Assembly: GCA_963801815.1 (NCBI GenBank)
Contig: CAWDGJ010000003.1
Span: forward strand, 608,001-672,000
Length of the DNA stretch: 64,000 bases
DNA from: an uncultured Verrucomicrobiae bacterium
GTDB taxonomy: Bacteria; Verrucomicrobiota; Verrucomicrobiia; Chthoniobacterales; UBA10450
Reading direction: 5' to 3'
Shown: positions 1 to 13,155 of the stretch, piece by piece
Position numbering within the stretch: position 1 is the first letter of the stretch
How the letters are laid out: each line of letters starts with the position of its first letter
The notes under the pieces: generated by a model
The model's database searches: none
Seen by the model: the letters and a program-made list of their open reading frames with translations, nothing else
What the model was told of the DNA's origin: nothing
Translations under genes and position numbers: made by a program

Positions 1-1596
1 GCTGATGATGCATCCTTCGTTGGCGATGAGGTCTTCCATGTTGATCTCGCCCTCATCGGCGACGAATTGAGTCAGTCGCGGCGAGCCGTGCTTCTCTTTC
101 AGCTCGCGCAGCTCTTTTTGATGATCGTGAAAACGCGCTGCTCCTTCGCGAGAATGTCCTGCAAATCCTGAATGGTTTCAATCAGATCCTTGTATTCGTT
201 CTGAATCTTGTCCCGTTCCAGCCCGGTCAATTGATACAGGCGCAGATCGAGGATCTGGTTGGCCTGATGTTCGCTGAAGGCGTAACGGCCTTCGGTCAAT
301 CGCGCCTCGATTGCGAATCAGAATTCCGATCTGTTCGACCTGTCTCTTGGTGAATTCGAACGCCAGCAATTTGATTCGCGCTTCCTCGCGATTGGCCGAT
401 CCGCGAATGATCCGGATGAATTCGTCCAGATTCGCCAGCGCGATGAGATAACCTTCCAGCGTCTCGGCGCGTCTCCTCGGCCTTCCGCAACTCGAATCGC
501 GTTCGGCGCAGGACGACTTCGCGGCGATGTTCGATGTAAGCACTGGATTCGCTTCCTTGAGTGAAAGGAGTTTTGGCCGGCCATGATCGATCGCCAGCAT
601 CAGCGCCGGGAACGAGCTTTCCATCGCCGTGTGCTTGTAAAGATTGTTGATGACGACCTTCGGATTGGCATCGCGCTTGAGCTCGATCACCACCCGGGTG
701 TTTTCGTCGGACTCGTCGCGCATCGCGGTGATGTCGGCGATGATTTTTTCGTTCACCAGCTCGGCGATGCGTTCAACGAGCGTCGCGCGATTCACGTTGT
801 ACGGAATCTCGGTGATGACGATCTGCTCTTTGCCGCCCTTGATTTCTTCGACGCCGACTTTGCCGCGCACTTTCATGCTGCCGCGGCCGGTCGTAAGATA
901 TTGTTTGATGCCCTCGACGCCGCAGATCACGCAACCCGTCGGAAAATCCGGGCCCTTTGACGTGCTTCATCAATTCCTCGAGCGTGATGTCCGGATCGTC
1001 GATCTGCGCGCAGATGCCGTCGATGACTTCGCCGAGATTGTGCGGCGGCATGTTGGTCGCCATGCCGACGGCGATGCCGGTGCCGCCGTTGACGAGCAGA
1101 TTCGGAAATGCCGCCGGGAAAACCGTCGGCTCGGTCCGCGTTTCGTCGTAGTTCGGGACGAAATCGACCGTGTCCTTGTCCATGTCGTCCATCAGCGCCG
1201 CGCCGAGATGCGTCATCCGCGCCTCGGTGTAACGCATGGCCGCCGGCGGATCGCCTTCGACCGAGCCGAAATTGCCCTGGCCGTCCACCAGCCGCTCGCG
1301 CATCGCCCACGGCTGCGCCATGTGGACGAGCGTCGGATAAATCACCGCTTCGCCGTGCGGATGGTAGTTACCGCTGGTGTCACCGCAAATCTTGGCGCAC
1401 TTGTACGATGTTGCCGCCCGGGAAACAGCGACAGCTCGTGCATCGCGTAAAGAATGCGGCGTTGCGACGGTTTCAGTCCGTCGCGCACATCGGGCAGCGC
1501 GCGCGAAATGATGACCGACATCGAGTAATCGAGGAACGACCTCGACACTTCTTCGGCGACATTGATCGGATCAATTTTTTCGTTCGCGTTATACAT
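1..1596 (-). CDS. gyrA: DNA gyrase subunit A (N-terminal part, runs off the window; split by frameshifts)
   Basis: Motifs [52 protein letters not shown] and [14 protein letters not shown] are spread over ORFs 1342-1596, 773-1345, 178-930 and 99-299. Confidence 0.97.
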
Positions 1597-1616
1597 CGCT
1601 TCGCGTCGTTGAATCG

Positions 1617-4223
<2,607 letters not shown>

Positions 4224-4415
4224 CAAAAGAACGTAGCCAAAAGCGATCGGAAAACAACAAATAATCTCGTGGTTTTCAGGCGGTTATTTGCGCTAGCGGT
4301 TGGAGCACTGGGTGGCCAAAAGCCCACGATCTTGTGGTTGCAGCCGCAGACTTATTCACATGCTTTTTTGCTACCTTGACCAGCCTGTTTTGTGCTTCGA
4401 AAATGTCACCTTTCC

Positions 4416-5052
4416 ATGCGCTTACAAACCCTCGCCGAAGCTCGCTGGATTCTCGCGATTTTGGTGCTTCTTGCACTCGTTAGTCTGTTTTTCAGCATTT
4501 GGCTGGGCCTGTTTTTCCTAATCCTGATCAGCTACACCCTTTATTTCTTCCGTGATCCGGAACGCAGCGTTCCCGCTGACCCGAACGTTATCGTAGCCGC
4601 TGCGGACGGAACAATTACCGACATTATTGAAGTCGATGAGGCCGATGTCTTGAAAACCAAAACCCGACGCGTTGGCATCTTCTTATCGATCTTCGACGTC
4701 CATACCAATCGATCTCCGGTGGCTGGTCGCATAATTTTCCGCCAACATCGCCAGGGTTTGTGTGTCGATGCGCGCCGGCCGGAGTGTTCGGAGAAAAACG
4801 AAGCGATGACGTGGGCGTTTGAGAATCCACGTGCGACGATTGTGGTCCGTCAGCTCACCGGCGCCATTGCGCGACGCATTGTGGCCTGGGCGGACGTCGG
4901 GGATGAACTCAACAAAGGGGACCGTTTCGGAATGATTCGCTTCGGCTCGCGAACGGAAGTATACTTGCCCCTTGCCGCCACCGTGTCTGGTGAAAGTGGG
5001 CGAGCACGTTGCCGGCGGATCGACAATTATCGCGCGCCTGCCTGATTCATGA
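4416..5052 (+). CDS. psd: Phosphatidylserine decarboxylase proenzyme (likely frameshift near 4985; corrected end overlaps the pssA ATG)
   Basis: YFFRDPER, IFLSIFDVHTNRSP and RFGMIRFGSRTEVYLP. The alternate frame continues VKVGEHVAGGSTIIARL. Adjacent to pssA. Confidence 0.92.
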
Positions 5053-5885
5053 ACGAACAGCCGTCGAAGATCTATCTCCTGCCGAACTTAATGACGGCCG
5101 GCAATTTGTTCTGTGGATTTACGGCCACCCTGAAGATTTTGGAGGGCGCGCTATTACAGAGCAGCGATGCGGTTGCTGCCAGTGAACGCTTCCATGAAGC
5201 GATTTGGTTCATTCTTGGCGCGTTTGTGTTCGATTTTCTCGATGGCCGTCTGGCCCGGCTTGGGGGACATGACAGCGCGTTCGGACGCGAATTCGATTCG
5301 CTGGCCGATATCGTTTCGTTCGGTGTTGCGCCAGCACTTTTGGTTTATCGGATTGTGCTCCAGGAATTTCGTACCGCCTGCTGGATTATTGCGTTCGTTT
5401 ATCTTGTTTGCGGCGCGCTTCGTCTTGCGCGTTTCAACACTGTATCAGCGAGCGAGGAGAAAAATGCGTCGAATCACACCGGCAAAAATTTCACGGGTTT
5501 CCCGATTCCCGCCGCGGCCGGCCTCATTGCGTCGATCACGCTATTCATGCTCTGGCTGACCGAAGGCGAGCATCAGCTCGGCAAATGGAAATTCGTTTTG
5601 CCGCCGTTGCTGATTTTTTTGTCGTTCATGATGTTCAGCCGGTTCCAGTATCCGAGTTTCAAGGCGATTAATTGGAAAACAAAGAAATCGATCCCGCGTT
5701 TTCTGGTCATCGTCCTCGTTCTGATTTTAACGGGACTCTATTACCAATGGATGCCGGCCGTCCTGTTTCTCGCTTATCTGCTCTACGGCTTTCTCCGTCC
5801 CTGGCTTTCGCACGAATGGCGGCGCGAGATTGAAGAAGAGATCGGTGAAGAGGGTTCGGACGAACCGACCGAACAGACTTCGTAA
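5049..5885 (+). CDS. pssA: CDP-diacylglycerol--serine O-phosphatidyltransferase
   Basis: LLPNLMTAGNLFCG, CDP-alcohol transferase motif DFLDGRLAR...FGREFDSLADIVSFGVAP, ALRLARFN and FTGFPIP. Confidence 0.93.
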   Translation: MNEQPSKIYLLPNLMTAGNLFCGFTATLKILEGALLQSSDAVAASERFHEAIWFILGAFVFDFLDGRLARLGGHDSAFGREFDSLADIVSFGVAPALLVYRIVLQEFRTACWIIAFVYLVCGALRLARFNTVSASEEKNASNHTGKNFTGFPIPAAAGLIASITLFMLWLTEGEHQLGKWKFVLPPLLIFLSFMMFSRFQYPSFKAINWKTKKSIPRFLVIVLVLILTGLYYQWMPAVLFLAYLLYGFLRPWLSHEWRREIEEEIGEEGSDEPTEQTS

Positions 5886-6596
5886 CTACCGGTTCAATCG
5901 AGCGAGAGTCTCCGGATCGCGAACGTCGACCCAGTCTCCTGTGAGTTCGATCGCCTGAACTTTCTTTCCGGACTGAGCGAGCTCGCGAATCGCATCGGTC
6001 AATTCGTATTCGCCGCGCGGCGAAGGTTTTAGTTTCGCAGTGAAATCGAAGATGCTTGGCCGAAACGCGTAGAGACCGGCGTTGTACCACGGACTCGTTG
6101 CTTCGCCGGGTTTTGGTTTCTCTCGAAGATCGACCAGCTCCATTCGTTCGTTCAGGAAAACGGCGCCGCCTTTGCTCACGTCCTCTCCGCGCGTCACGCT
6201 GATGATCGCTTCCATGTCGCCCGGAAGGTCGAGAATACCCTTGTAATTCTCTCGGTCGACCAGAATGTCACCGTAGCCCAGGACAAACGGAGTGTTGGCG
6301 ACAAAATTTTTCGCCAACTCGACAACACGCCCCGTTCCGTCTTGGGTTGCCTGCATCGCGTACTGAATGCCGATCTTGTAACGCGAACCGTCCCCGAAAA
6401 AATTCTGTACTGTTTCCGCGCGGTAACCGACGATGATCAGGAATTCTGCAACGCCGGCGTCCCGCAAACCTTCGACGATGTGTTGAAGCACCGGTTTGCC
6501 GTGCACCCCGAGCATCGGCTTGGGAATATCGGCGGTCATTTCGCGCATTCGCGTTCCGCGACCCGCTGCCAGCAACACCGCCTTGTCGATTTTCAT
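5886..6596 (-). CDS. Sugar-phosphate nucleotidyltransferase (RmlA-like)
   Basis: AVLLAAGRGTRM...PKPML, YGDIL and SPRGEYELTDAI. Confidence 0.88.
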   Translation of the reverse strand: MKIDKAVLLAAGRGTRMREMTADIPKPMLGVHGKPVLQHIVEGLRDAGVAEFLIIVGYRAETVQNFFGDGSRYKIGIQYAMQATQDGTGRVVELAKNFVANTPFVLGYGDILVDRENYKGILDLPGDMEAIISVTRGEDVSKGGAVFLNERMELVDLREKPKPGEATSPWYNAGLYAFRPSIFDFTAKLKPSPRGEYELTDAIRELAQSGKKVQAIELTGDWVDVRDPETLARLNR

Positions 6597-6657
6597 ACGA
6601 TTGTCATGTCGACCGAAGTGGAGGAATGACAAAAGCAGTTTCAATTGAAATTCGCAT

Positions 6658-7089
6658 GTGACTCAAGCACAGTTCGCGGGAATGGCGGCCCTGCAATTCT
6701 TAAGCAAGTATCGCGAAACCGGTTTGCTCTTATTTCGGTGCAGCATCGGGTTGGTTTTCATAATCCTCATTGCGCCGATTTTATGGAGCGGTTCCGAAAG
6801 CTGGGAACATTTAGGCTCAGCCATGCGCAATCTGGACGTTCACGGGCACTATGAATTCTGGGGATTTGTCGGTGCAATCCTCGGATGCGCCGGCGGAATT
6901 CTAATGATTCTTGGGCTCTTTTTTCGCGTTGGCGTTCTTTTTGCGCTCGCCGTCACTGCCGTTCATCTCCTGTCTATCATTCACAGTCGCGGCGATTTCT
7001 TTGCTCGATTGCCCGCTTTTGAAATGTCGATCCTGCTCTTAAGTCTGCTCTTCATCGGACCGGGCAAATACAGCGTAGACAAAAACTAA
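6658..7089 (+). CDS. DoxX-family membrane protein
   Basis: Four hydrophobic segments and a C-terminal GPGKYSVD motif. Confidence 0.8.
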   Translation: MTQAQFAGMAALQFLSKYRETGLLLFRCSIGLVFIILIAPILWSGSESWEHLGSAMRNLDVHGHYEFWGFVGAILGCAGGILMILGLFFRVGVLFALAVTAVHLLSIIHSRGDFFARLPAFEMSILLLSLLFIGPGKYSVDKN

Positions 7090-10000
7090 GACGCCTTACC
7101 TTCTTTCGCCGCCGCCACCTTGTCCGGGGGGACCATCAACGCCGGAAGATCGAGTTGTTTAATCATCGCGCTCACCTTCGGCAGATCGTCGGCTTTGATC
7201 TGCGTCCATTTCTTCAATTGTTCGTCGAGTTGGCCGCTCAATTTCTGGAAAACCTCCATCTGCGACGCGGTGGGCGGATTACTGTCGCCCGCATCGATGA
7301 AATGACTGAAAGCATCAAAGCGCTCATTCAGCATGCTCGGGAAAGCGAGATTCGCTTCTGACCCTTTCATGTTTACCTGAATCAATTCTTTTTCGACGTC
7401 CGACATTTTCTTGTCGAGATCGTCCGCGGCCGCGAGCGCTGCTTTTAGTTTTTCGTCGTCTCCAAATCGGTAATGCAGCGTTTTGATCTGCGCTTTGACG
7501 TCGCGGATTTCGTTGACTGCCTGGTGTAGTTGCGAAATGCGATCATTCACCTGCGTAGACAGCGCGAACTGCTTTTGCAACGCCGGCTCCGAGCCCTTGT
7601 TCCGCGGATCGATCGCTACTTTCAGGGGCGCCGTCTGCGATTTGCCGGCAACCGTCATCTTGACCTGGTAGTCACCGGGCAACGCCAGCGGCCCCTTCGG
7701 CCCGGTGCCTGAATAAAACGAGCCCGGAATTTGGACCGGATCGTTGTAGCGCAAATCCCAGGCGAACCGATTCATTCCTTCTTTCGCAGGAATCGTCTTC
7801 ACGCGTTCGACTCGATCGGGCCATTCCGGCGGTTGCTCGCCTTCCTTTTTCTCTTTGTTCGACAAATGCCTAACGACTTTGCCGGTCGAGTCGAGAATGT
7901 CCATCGTGACTTCGTCGGTCGGTGCCGTCTTCAAGTAATAATCGATCATTGCGCCGGCGGGTGGGTTGTCGCCGACCGGCTGGCGTTTGTCGAATTCCTC
8001 GGGGTAGTGCAGACGCAGGGCGGTTTCCGGTTGGTACAAAATGAAATCGGCATTCGCGGATTGCGCGCTCACCTGACGAAGTGGTGTGAGATTGTCCAGA
8101 ACCCAAAACGATCGGCCGTGCGTGGCGGCGACCAGATCGTCGTCCTTCACCACCAGATCATGAATGGGCGATTGTGGCAGGTTCAATTGTAACGGCTGCC
8201 AATGCGCACCGTTGTCGAACGAAACGTAAACGCCAAGCTCCGTGCCGGCGTAGAGAATCTCCTTCTTCTTTGGGTCCTCGCGCACCGCATGCACGTAGGC
8301 GCCGTCAGGAATCCCATTCGTAATCGATGTCCACGTCTTGCCGAGATCGGTCGTCTTGAAAATGTACGGCTTGAAATCGTCGAGTTTGTGTCGATCGACC
8401 GCGACGTAGGCAGTCTTCCCGTCGCTCGGTGAAGCTTCGATCAAATCGATTGTGCTCCATTCCGGCATTTTCGGGCTGACGTTGCTCCAGTGGGCACCGT
8501 CATCCGTGCTGACTTGGATCAGTCCGTCGTCGGTCCCGGCCCACAGCGTACCTTTTTCGACCGGTGATTCGGCCAGCGCGAAAACCGTGTCGTAGTATTC
8601 GACCGATGTGATGTCGTTTGTTAGGGGGCCGCCGCTCGGTTGCTGTTTCGTTTTGTCGTTGCGTGTCAGATCGCCGCTGATCTGCGTCCAGCTCTGGCCA
8701 TGATCGGTCGATCTAAAAACGCATTCCGCTGCGGTGTAAATGACGTCCGGATTGTGCGGCGAAAGCATCAGCGGCGAGACCCACTGAAACCGGTGAACCA
8801 GATCGACTGCGCCGTGTCCGGAGTTGTCTAGTGGCACGGGGCTAATATCCTGATCGTCTTCCTTCGTTTTGTCGTAACGAACGATGTAGCCCTCGCTGTT
8901 CGAGTAGATGATGTGCCAGTCGCGCGGATCGGGAATGACGAAACCGCATTCGCCATCGCCCGCCGGATACCAGTCCTGTGGCCCGATCACGCCGGAGTCG
9001 GTGCGGCTCGCGATGCAAATGTTCGAGTTGTCCTGTTGCGCGCCGTAGATGTGATAGGGAAACGCATTGTCGACCGCGACGTGATAAAACTGCGCCGTCG
9101 GTTGATTGTTTTGCGTCGTCCACGTTTTGCCGCCGTCGGTGGAAATGCTCGCGCCGCCGTCGTTGGCGTTGCCGATGCGTTCAGGATTCTTCGGATCGAT
9201 CCAGAGACCGTGATGATCGCCGTGACGCGCGGGAAGGAGATTGAACGTCTTCCCGCCGTCGACGGATTTGAACGCGCCGGTGTTTAACGTATAAACCGTG
9301 TCGGCCGATTTCGGGTCCGCGTAGATTTTGCTGAAATACCAGGCGCGCTGACGGAACCGGCCGTCCTCATTGATCCTTGTCCATTTTTCGCCGGCGTCGT
9401 CTGATCGATAGATTCCGCCTTCCTTCGCCTCGATGATCGCGTAAATGCGGTTCGAATCCGCGCCTGAAACTGAAACGCCGATGCGTCCAAGAATTCCTTC
9501 GGGTAGACCGTTGCCCTCCAAATGTTTCCACGTTACGCCGTTGTCTTCCGACCGATAAAGTCCGCTGCCCGCGCCGCCGCTTGAGAAAAACCACGGCTGA
9601 CGTCGCGCCTGCCAGAGCGCGGCGAACACGATGTTCGGATTGTGCGGATCGAACACAATGTCGATGCCGCCGGTGTTTTCGTCTTTGAACAAAACATTCG
9701 TCCAGGTCTTGCCGCCGTCCGCCGTGCGAAAGATTCCGCGCTCCTTGTTCGGACCGAACGCGTGACCAAGTGCAGCTACCAATGCGACATTTTCGTTCCG
9801 TGGATCGACAATCACCGCGCCGATCTGATGAGTGTCTTTGAGTCCGACATTTTTCCAGGTCTTGCCGGCGTCGATCGATTTGTAAACGCCGGTGCCGTAG
9901 GTTGTGTTGCCGCGAATCGCCGCTTCGCCGGTTCCGACATAAATCACGTTGTGGTCCGACGGCGCGACCGCAATTGCGCCGATCGACGAGATGTCTTCCT

Positions 10001-10334
10001 TGTCGAAGAGCGGGGTCCAATTCTGGCCGCCATCCGTTGTTTTCCAAACACCCCCCGCAACTCCGCCGAAATACCAGGTGCCGGGTTCGCCCGGTACGCC
10101 TTCGATCGCCAGAGCGCGGCCGCCGCGGAATGGTCCGATTTGTCGCCATTGCATTCCGCTAAAAAGTTTCTCATCGATCGTGCCAGGGGGAACCGCCTTT
10201 GGCGTCGCCCCTGGAGAATGTGCTGGGGACGGCGAAGGTCCGCCTTCCCGCGGCGGCGGACTAACTGCGAAACTGTCGGAACAGACAAAAGCGAGCGCAG
10301 CGGAGAAAAGAAGACCCAGGATGGACGTACGCAT
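7086..10334 (-). CDS. Secreted VPS10/BNR-repeat beta-propeller protein (putative glycosyl hydrolase)
   Basis: Signal peptide, WRQIGPFRGGR and many Asp-box repeats (e.g. KTTDGGQNW, KSIDAGKTW, STDGGKTW). Confidence 0.88.
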   Translation of the reverse strand: MRTSILGLLFSAALAFVCSDSFAVSPPPREGGPSPSPAHSPGATPKAVPPGTIDEKLFSGMQWRQIGPFRGGRALAIEGVPGEPGTWYFGGVAGGVWKTTDGGQNWTPLFDKEDISSIGAIAVAPSDHNVIYVGTGEAAIRGNTTYGTGVYKSIDAGKTWKNVGLKDTHQIGAVIVDPRNENVALVAALGHAFGPNKERGIFRTADGGKTWTNVLFKDENTGGIDIVFDPHNPNIVFAALWQARRQPWFFSSGGAGSGLYRSEDNGVTWKHLEGNGLPEGILGRIGVSVSGADSNRIYAIIEAKEGGIYRSDDAGEKWTRINEDGRFRQRAWYFSKIYADPKSADTVYTLNTGAFKSVDGGKTFNLLPARHGDHHGLWIDPKNPERIGNANDGGASISTDGGKTWTTQNNQPTAQFYHVAVDNAFPYHIYGAQQDNSNICIASRTDSGVIGPQDWYPAGDGECGFVIPDPRDWHIIYSNSEGYIVRYDKTKEDDQDISPVPLDNSGHGAVDLVHRFQWVSPLMLSPHNPDVIYTAAECVFRSTDHGQSWTQISGDLTRNDKTKQQPSGGPLTNDITSVEYYDTVFALAESPVEKGTLWAGTDDGLIQVSTDDGAHWSNVSPKMPEWSTIDLIEASPSDGKTAYVAVDRHKLDDFKPYIFKTTDLGKTWTSITNGIPDGAYVHAVREDPKKKEILYAGTELGVYVSFDNGAHWQPLQLNLPQSPIHDLVVKDDDLVAATHGRSFWVLDNLTPLRQVSAQSANADFILYQPETALRLHYPEEFDKRQPVGDNPPAGAMIDYYLKTAPTDEVTMDILDSTGKVVRHLSNKEKKEGEQPPEWPDRVERVKTIPAKEGMNRFAWDLRYNDPVQIPGSFYSGTGPKGPLALPGDYQVKMTVAGKSQTAPLKVAIDPRNKGSEPALQKQFALSTQVNDRISQLHQAVNEIRDVKAQIKTLHYRFGDDEKLKAALAAADDLDKKMSDVEKELIQVNMKGSEANLAFPSMLNERFDAFSHFIDAGDSNPPTASQMEVFQKLSGQLDEQLKKWTQIKADDLPKVSAMIKQLDLPALMVPPDKVAAAKEGKAS

Positions 10335-10423
10335 CCGCCTAAGTTGGAAAGGGTGAGAGCTCCTTCAACTGGAATTCTTCCTCTCTGGTGGCAGGTGTCC
10401 CCGGCTGCCTGCCGCCGCAGTGA

Positions 10424-10735
10424 TTAGTGCTCGCTCGCCCGTACGGCGAGAATATAAGCGACCACGGCATCACGATCGGCCGGTTTCAGACTCGCGCGGT
10501 GCGACATCCCGTTCACGATCCGTGGCCAATCTTCGTCTGAATATTTCCACATTCCCGGCAGAGTGTGGCATTCGATACAGCGGTGAACGAAGAGTGTTCG
10601 CCCGCGCTCGAGTTCTGCAGCATCGACCCGTTGTTTCCGCAACGCTCTCGAAGCCATTGGTTGCGTCACAGGCGGCGCGTAATTAGCCGCTTCGCAGGCA
10701 ACAAAGATCAGGCAGAGCAGAAAGAGTTTTTTCAT
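10424..10735 (-). CDS. Small monoheme c-type cytochrome, probable lipoprotein
   Basis: CIECH heme motif, lipobox-like FVAC and a downstream Met as candidate distal ligand. Confidence 0.8.
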   Translation of the reverse strand: MKKLFLLCLIFVACEAANYAPPVTQPMASRALRKQRVDAAELERGRTLFVHRCIECHTLPGMWKYSDEDWPRIVNGMSHRASLKPADRDAVVAYILAVRASEH

Positions 10736-10736
10736 T

Positions 10737-11492
10737 TCAAAAGCCAATTCCGAAGATTGTCCGCAATTGAAAGTTCGGTTCGTCCGCAGTGTCGGTTGCT
10801 TGCGCGAGCGCCGTGACTGTCACGAACCATTGATTGCGCCGGTACGAAACATTCGGCCCGATAAAAACGTTCCGAACTTTCTCGTCGTCGCGCCAATCGG
10901 GAAAGACGAACTCATGCAAAAGCTCGACGCCGACCGAAAGTCTCGGCGAGATTTCATAGCTTGCGCCGAGCGCTTGCTGAAATTCGCCCTCTTGTTCCTC
11001 AAGATATTGATCTTCCCACTCGGCTTCGAGTGTCGCGTTATAATCGAAAATCCAGCGGCCAAGATTCTTCTGCGCGATGAGTTTCGATTCCAATTCAAAA
11101 TGCTGGCGTCCGGCACTGATCTCCTCGTAAAGCGAAATCCCGACCGGATCGACGACCGGATTCGACAAATTGTAGATCAACTCAACCGCTCCGCCGTCGT
11201 ACTCAAAACCGTTATCGCTGTGATGACTCCAATCCAGCGGATAAAGTCCAAGCTGGAAGCGGTCCGTAATTCCAATCTCTAGTTCTTCGCGAATAAAAAC
11301 TTCATTACCGTTCCCGCTCGAGCCATGCGCCCACGTCACCGTGTTTTCTAGCTCGACACTTCCAGGCGCTGAAGTCGGCGCTTCGTAGAGAAACGTAAAG
11401 TGGCGCACACCTGCCAGGACGGCAGTGGCAGACCACTCCGTCAATAAAAGGATCAGCACCGCGAAGTATCTGAAAAAGCCTGTCTGAATCAC
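10737..11492 (-). CDS. Putative outer-membrane beta-barrel protein (DUF6662-like)
   Basis: Signal peptide, alternating amphipathic strands and terminal RTIFGIGF ending in Phe. Confidence 0.65.
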   Translation of the reverse strand: MIQTGFFRYFAVLILLLTEWSATAVLAGVRHFTFLYEAPTSAPGSVELENTVTWAHGSSGNGNEVFIREELEIGITDRFQLGLYPLDWSHHSDNGFEYDGGAVELIYNLSNPVVDPVGISLYEEISAGRQHFELESKLIAQKNLGRWIFDYNATLEAEWEDQYLEEQEGEFQQALGASYEISPRLSVGVELLHEFVFPDWRDDEKVRNVFIGPNVSYRRNQWFVTVTALAQATDTADEPNFQLRTIFGIGF

Positions 11493-11664
11493 AGTCGAAG
11501 CCTAACTCTTTCGCCAGAGCTCTGCTGCCGGATGGTTGCTAATTTTTAACGCCCGGTTGCTGTCGGTAACTTGCGTTTTCTTTAGCGCTAAATTGCGGCG
11601 CAGCGGTGTTCGTGAATTCGCGTTTGCTCGCGCCGAAGCAGTGCTTCATGGATGCGCCAGCTTC

Positions 11665-11723
11665 TGTAAGGGAAGCTGCTAGCTTCCCATTCGTTAGGCG
11701 AGACGCTAGCAGCGTCTCCTACA
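11665..11723. repeat. REP-like palindromic doublet (TGTA...TACA)
   Basis: tgtaagggaagctgctagcttccc...gagacgctagcagcgtctcctaca. A related copy lies at 33611-33673. Confidence 0.65.
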
Positions 11724-11738
11724 GTTTGGCTCGTCGCT

Positions 11739-12809
11739 TTAACGCACTGACTGCAATTGCCGACGCGGCAACGCGATGTCTGCTTCTGCTTTCGTTTCCC
11801 GAACCGGCTCCTCGCTCACGGGCATGACGCCGCTGCCGAGTTTTCTCGCGGCGTAATACGAGCCGACCACCAAGACCGTCGCGATCGCCTGTGCGATCAG
11901 CGTTTCGTACGTCGGATAAACCGAGAACCAAAGCCCGGCCCATTTCGGAATCATCGGAACGAGCGACGCAATTGGCGTGGTCGAGATCCAGTGCGCGAGC
12001 TGCATTTCCTGCGCTTGTTCGCCGACCATCACCAGCAACACAACCCCGAGCAGAATGCCGGTCGTGATCAACATTTTGCGGTAGGGCAACTTTTGCTGAA
12101 GCACGAACGTCAGGACTGCCACGATGGCCGAGAGCGCGATTCCGAGCAGCGCGCCTTGTAGGACAACGCCGCCGCCGAAACGCAGATAATACGTCTGCAA
12201 AAACAAAACGACCTCGAACCCTTCACGATAAAGCGACGTGAAACCGAGCAGGATCAGGCCCCAGGTCAACGAGCGCTTCGCGAGGTCACTGGCGTGGCCA
12301 TTCTCGAGTAAATGCTTCCGGCGACGATTGTGCGCCCGGATCCAGCCGCCCCAATAAATCTTGTGGAAGAACCAGTTCATGATCACGAGCAGCACCACGA
12401 CTGCGAGCAATCCGGTCGCAGCTTGCAAATCGAGCGCACGCATGTTGTCGCTCAATGAATCGACAATGCTCACTGCAATCACCCACGTGATCAGCGTTGC
12501 GAGAAACGCAACGCCCGCGCCGACTGCGACGGGTTTGCGATGAGTGCGTTTCGCGCCCGTCATGCTCGCGGTTATCGCCGCCAAAACCAGAATGCATTCA
12601 AGTCCTTCGCGGAAAACGAGAACGCCAATGTCGAGCGCCGCAACTGTCTTGCTGGTGTTCGGCTGCGTCGGGTCAGGCGCGCCTTGGGCGAAGATTCCCT
12701 GCCAGATTAAAATCGCGATCACCGCGATTGCGGCGATTGAGATGCCGATCCCCAAAAACATCCGCCACGGTTTTTCAACCGGGCGCAAAACAATCTCCTT
12801 CACGGTCAA
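11739..12809 (-). CDS. FTR1/EfeU-family iron permease
   Basis: Two REXXE motifs (FREGLE, YREGFE) and about 7-8 transmembrane segments. Start uncertain. Confidence 0.9.
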   Translation of the reverse strand: MTVKEIVLRPVEKPWRMFLGIGISIAAIAVIAILIWQGIFAQGAPDPTQPNTSKTVAALDIGVLVFREGLECILVLAAITASMTGAKRTHRKPVAVGAGVAFLATLITWVIAVSIVDSLSDNMRALDLQAATGLLAVVVLLVIMNWFFHKIYWGGWIRAHNRRRKHLLENGHASDLAKRSLTWGLILLGFTSLYREGFEVVLFLQTYYLRFGGGVVLQGALLGIALSAIVAVLTFVLQQKLPYRKMLITTGILLGVVLLVMVGEQAQEMQLAHWISTTPIASLVPMIPKWAGLWFSVYPTYETLIAQAIATVLVVGSYYAARKLGSGVMPVSEEPVRETKAEADIALPRRQLQSVR

Positions 12810-12825
12810 AAACTAACATAGCGCT

Positions 12826-12842
12826 AGCAAGCCTGCTGCCGG
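12826..12842 (-). promoter_or_regulatory. Possible sigma-54 (-24/-12) promoter for the FTR1 gene
   Basis: The minus strand reads CCGGCAGCAGGCTTGCT, which has GG-N10-GC spacing with TTGC. Motif match only. Confidence 0.25.
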
Positions 12843-12933
12843 TTAATTGCGATTTTTTAGCGGAAAATTGCGGGGCTTAAACGAATCAGGAACCCATGAA
12901 AGTAGGAAAAACCGATTCGGACCTCTGCTGCTT

Positions 12934-13044
12934 TGTCATTCCGAGCGGGAGCGAGGAATCTCACAATCGAAGCGCGGATCACGCAAACTGGACAGAGTGA
13001 TCAATCGCCTTGTGGGAGATCCCTCACATTCGTTCGGGATGACA
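12934..13044. repeat. REP-like element, TGTCATTCCGAGCG...GGATGACA family
   Basis: Inverted arms tgtcattccgagcg..gcgaggaatct / gagatccctc..ttcgggatgaca. A closely related copy is at 16130-16250 and a half copy at 13771-13799. Confidence 0.8.
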
Positions 13045-13052
13045 GAACGTTA

Positions 13053-13133
13053 TTACCGCGGGCTCGCCATTTTCGCCGACGCCAACCCAATCGCGCCGAA
13101 CAAATTCGTTTTGAGAAAGCGTCGCCGATTCAT
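13053..13133 (-). pseudogene. Orphan twin-arginine signal peptide (gene remnant)
   Basis: Translates MNRRRFLKTNLFGAIGLASAKMASPR* and stops just before the REP at 13044. Confidence 0.5.
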
Positions 13134-13155
13134 TTGCCCGAACGAATCTGAGCGA

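Noticed and set aside
4230..4415. Replication origin near gyrB (TTATTCACA at 4352-4360)
   Set aside because: There is only one imperfect DnaA box, no cluster, and no dnaA or dnaN in the window.
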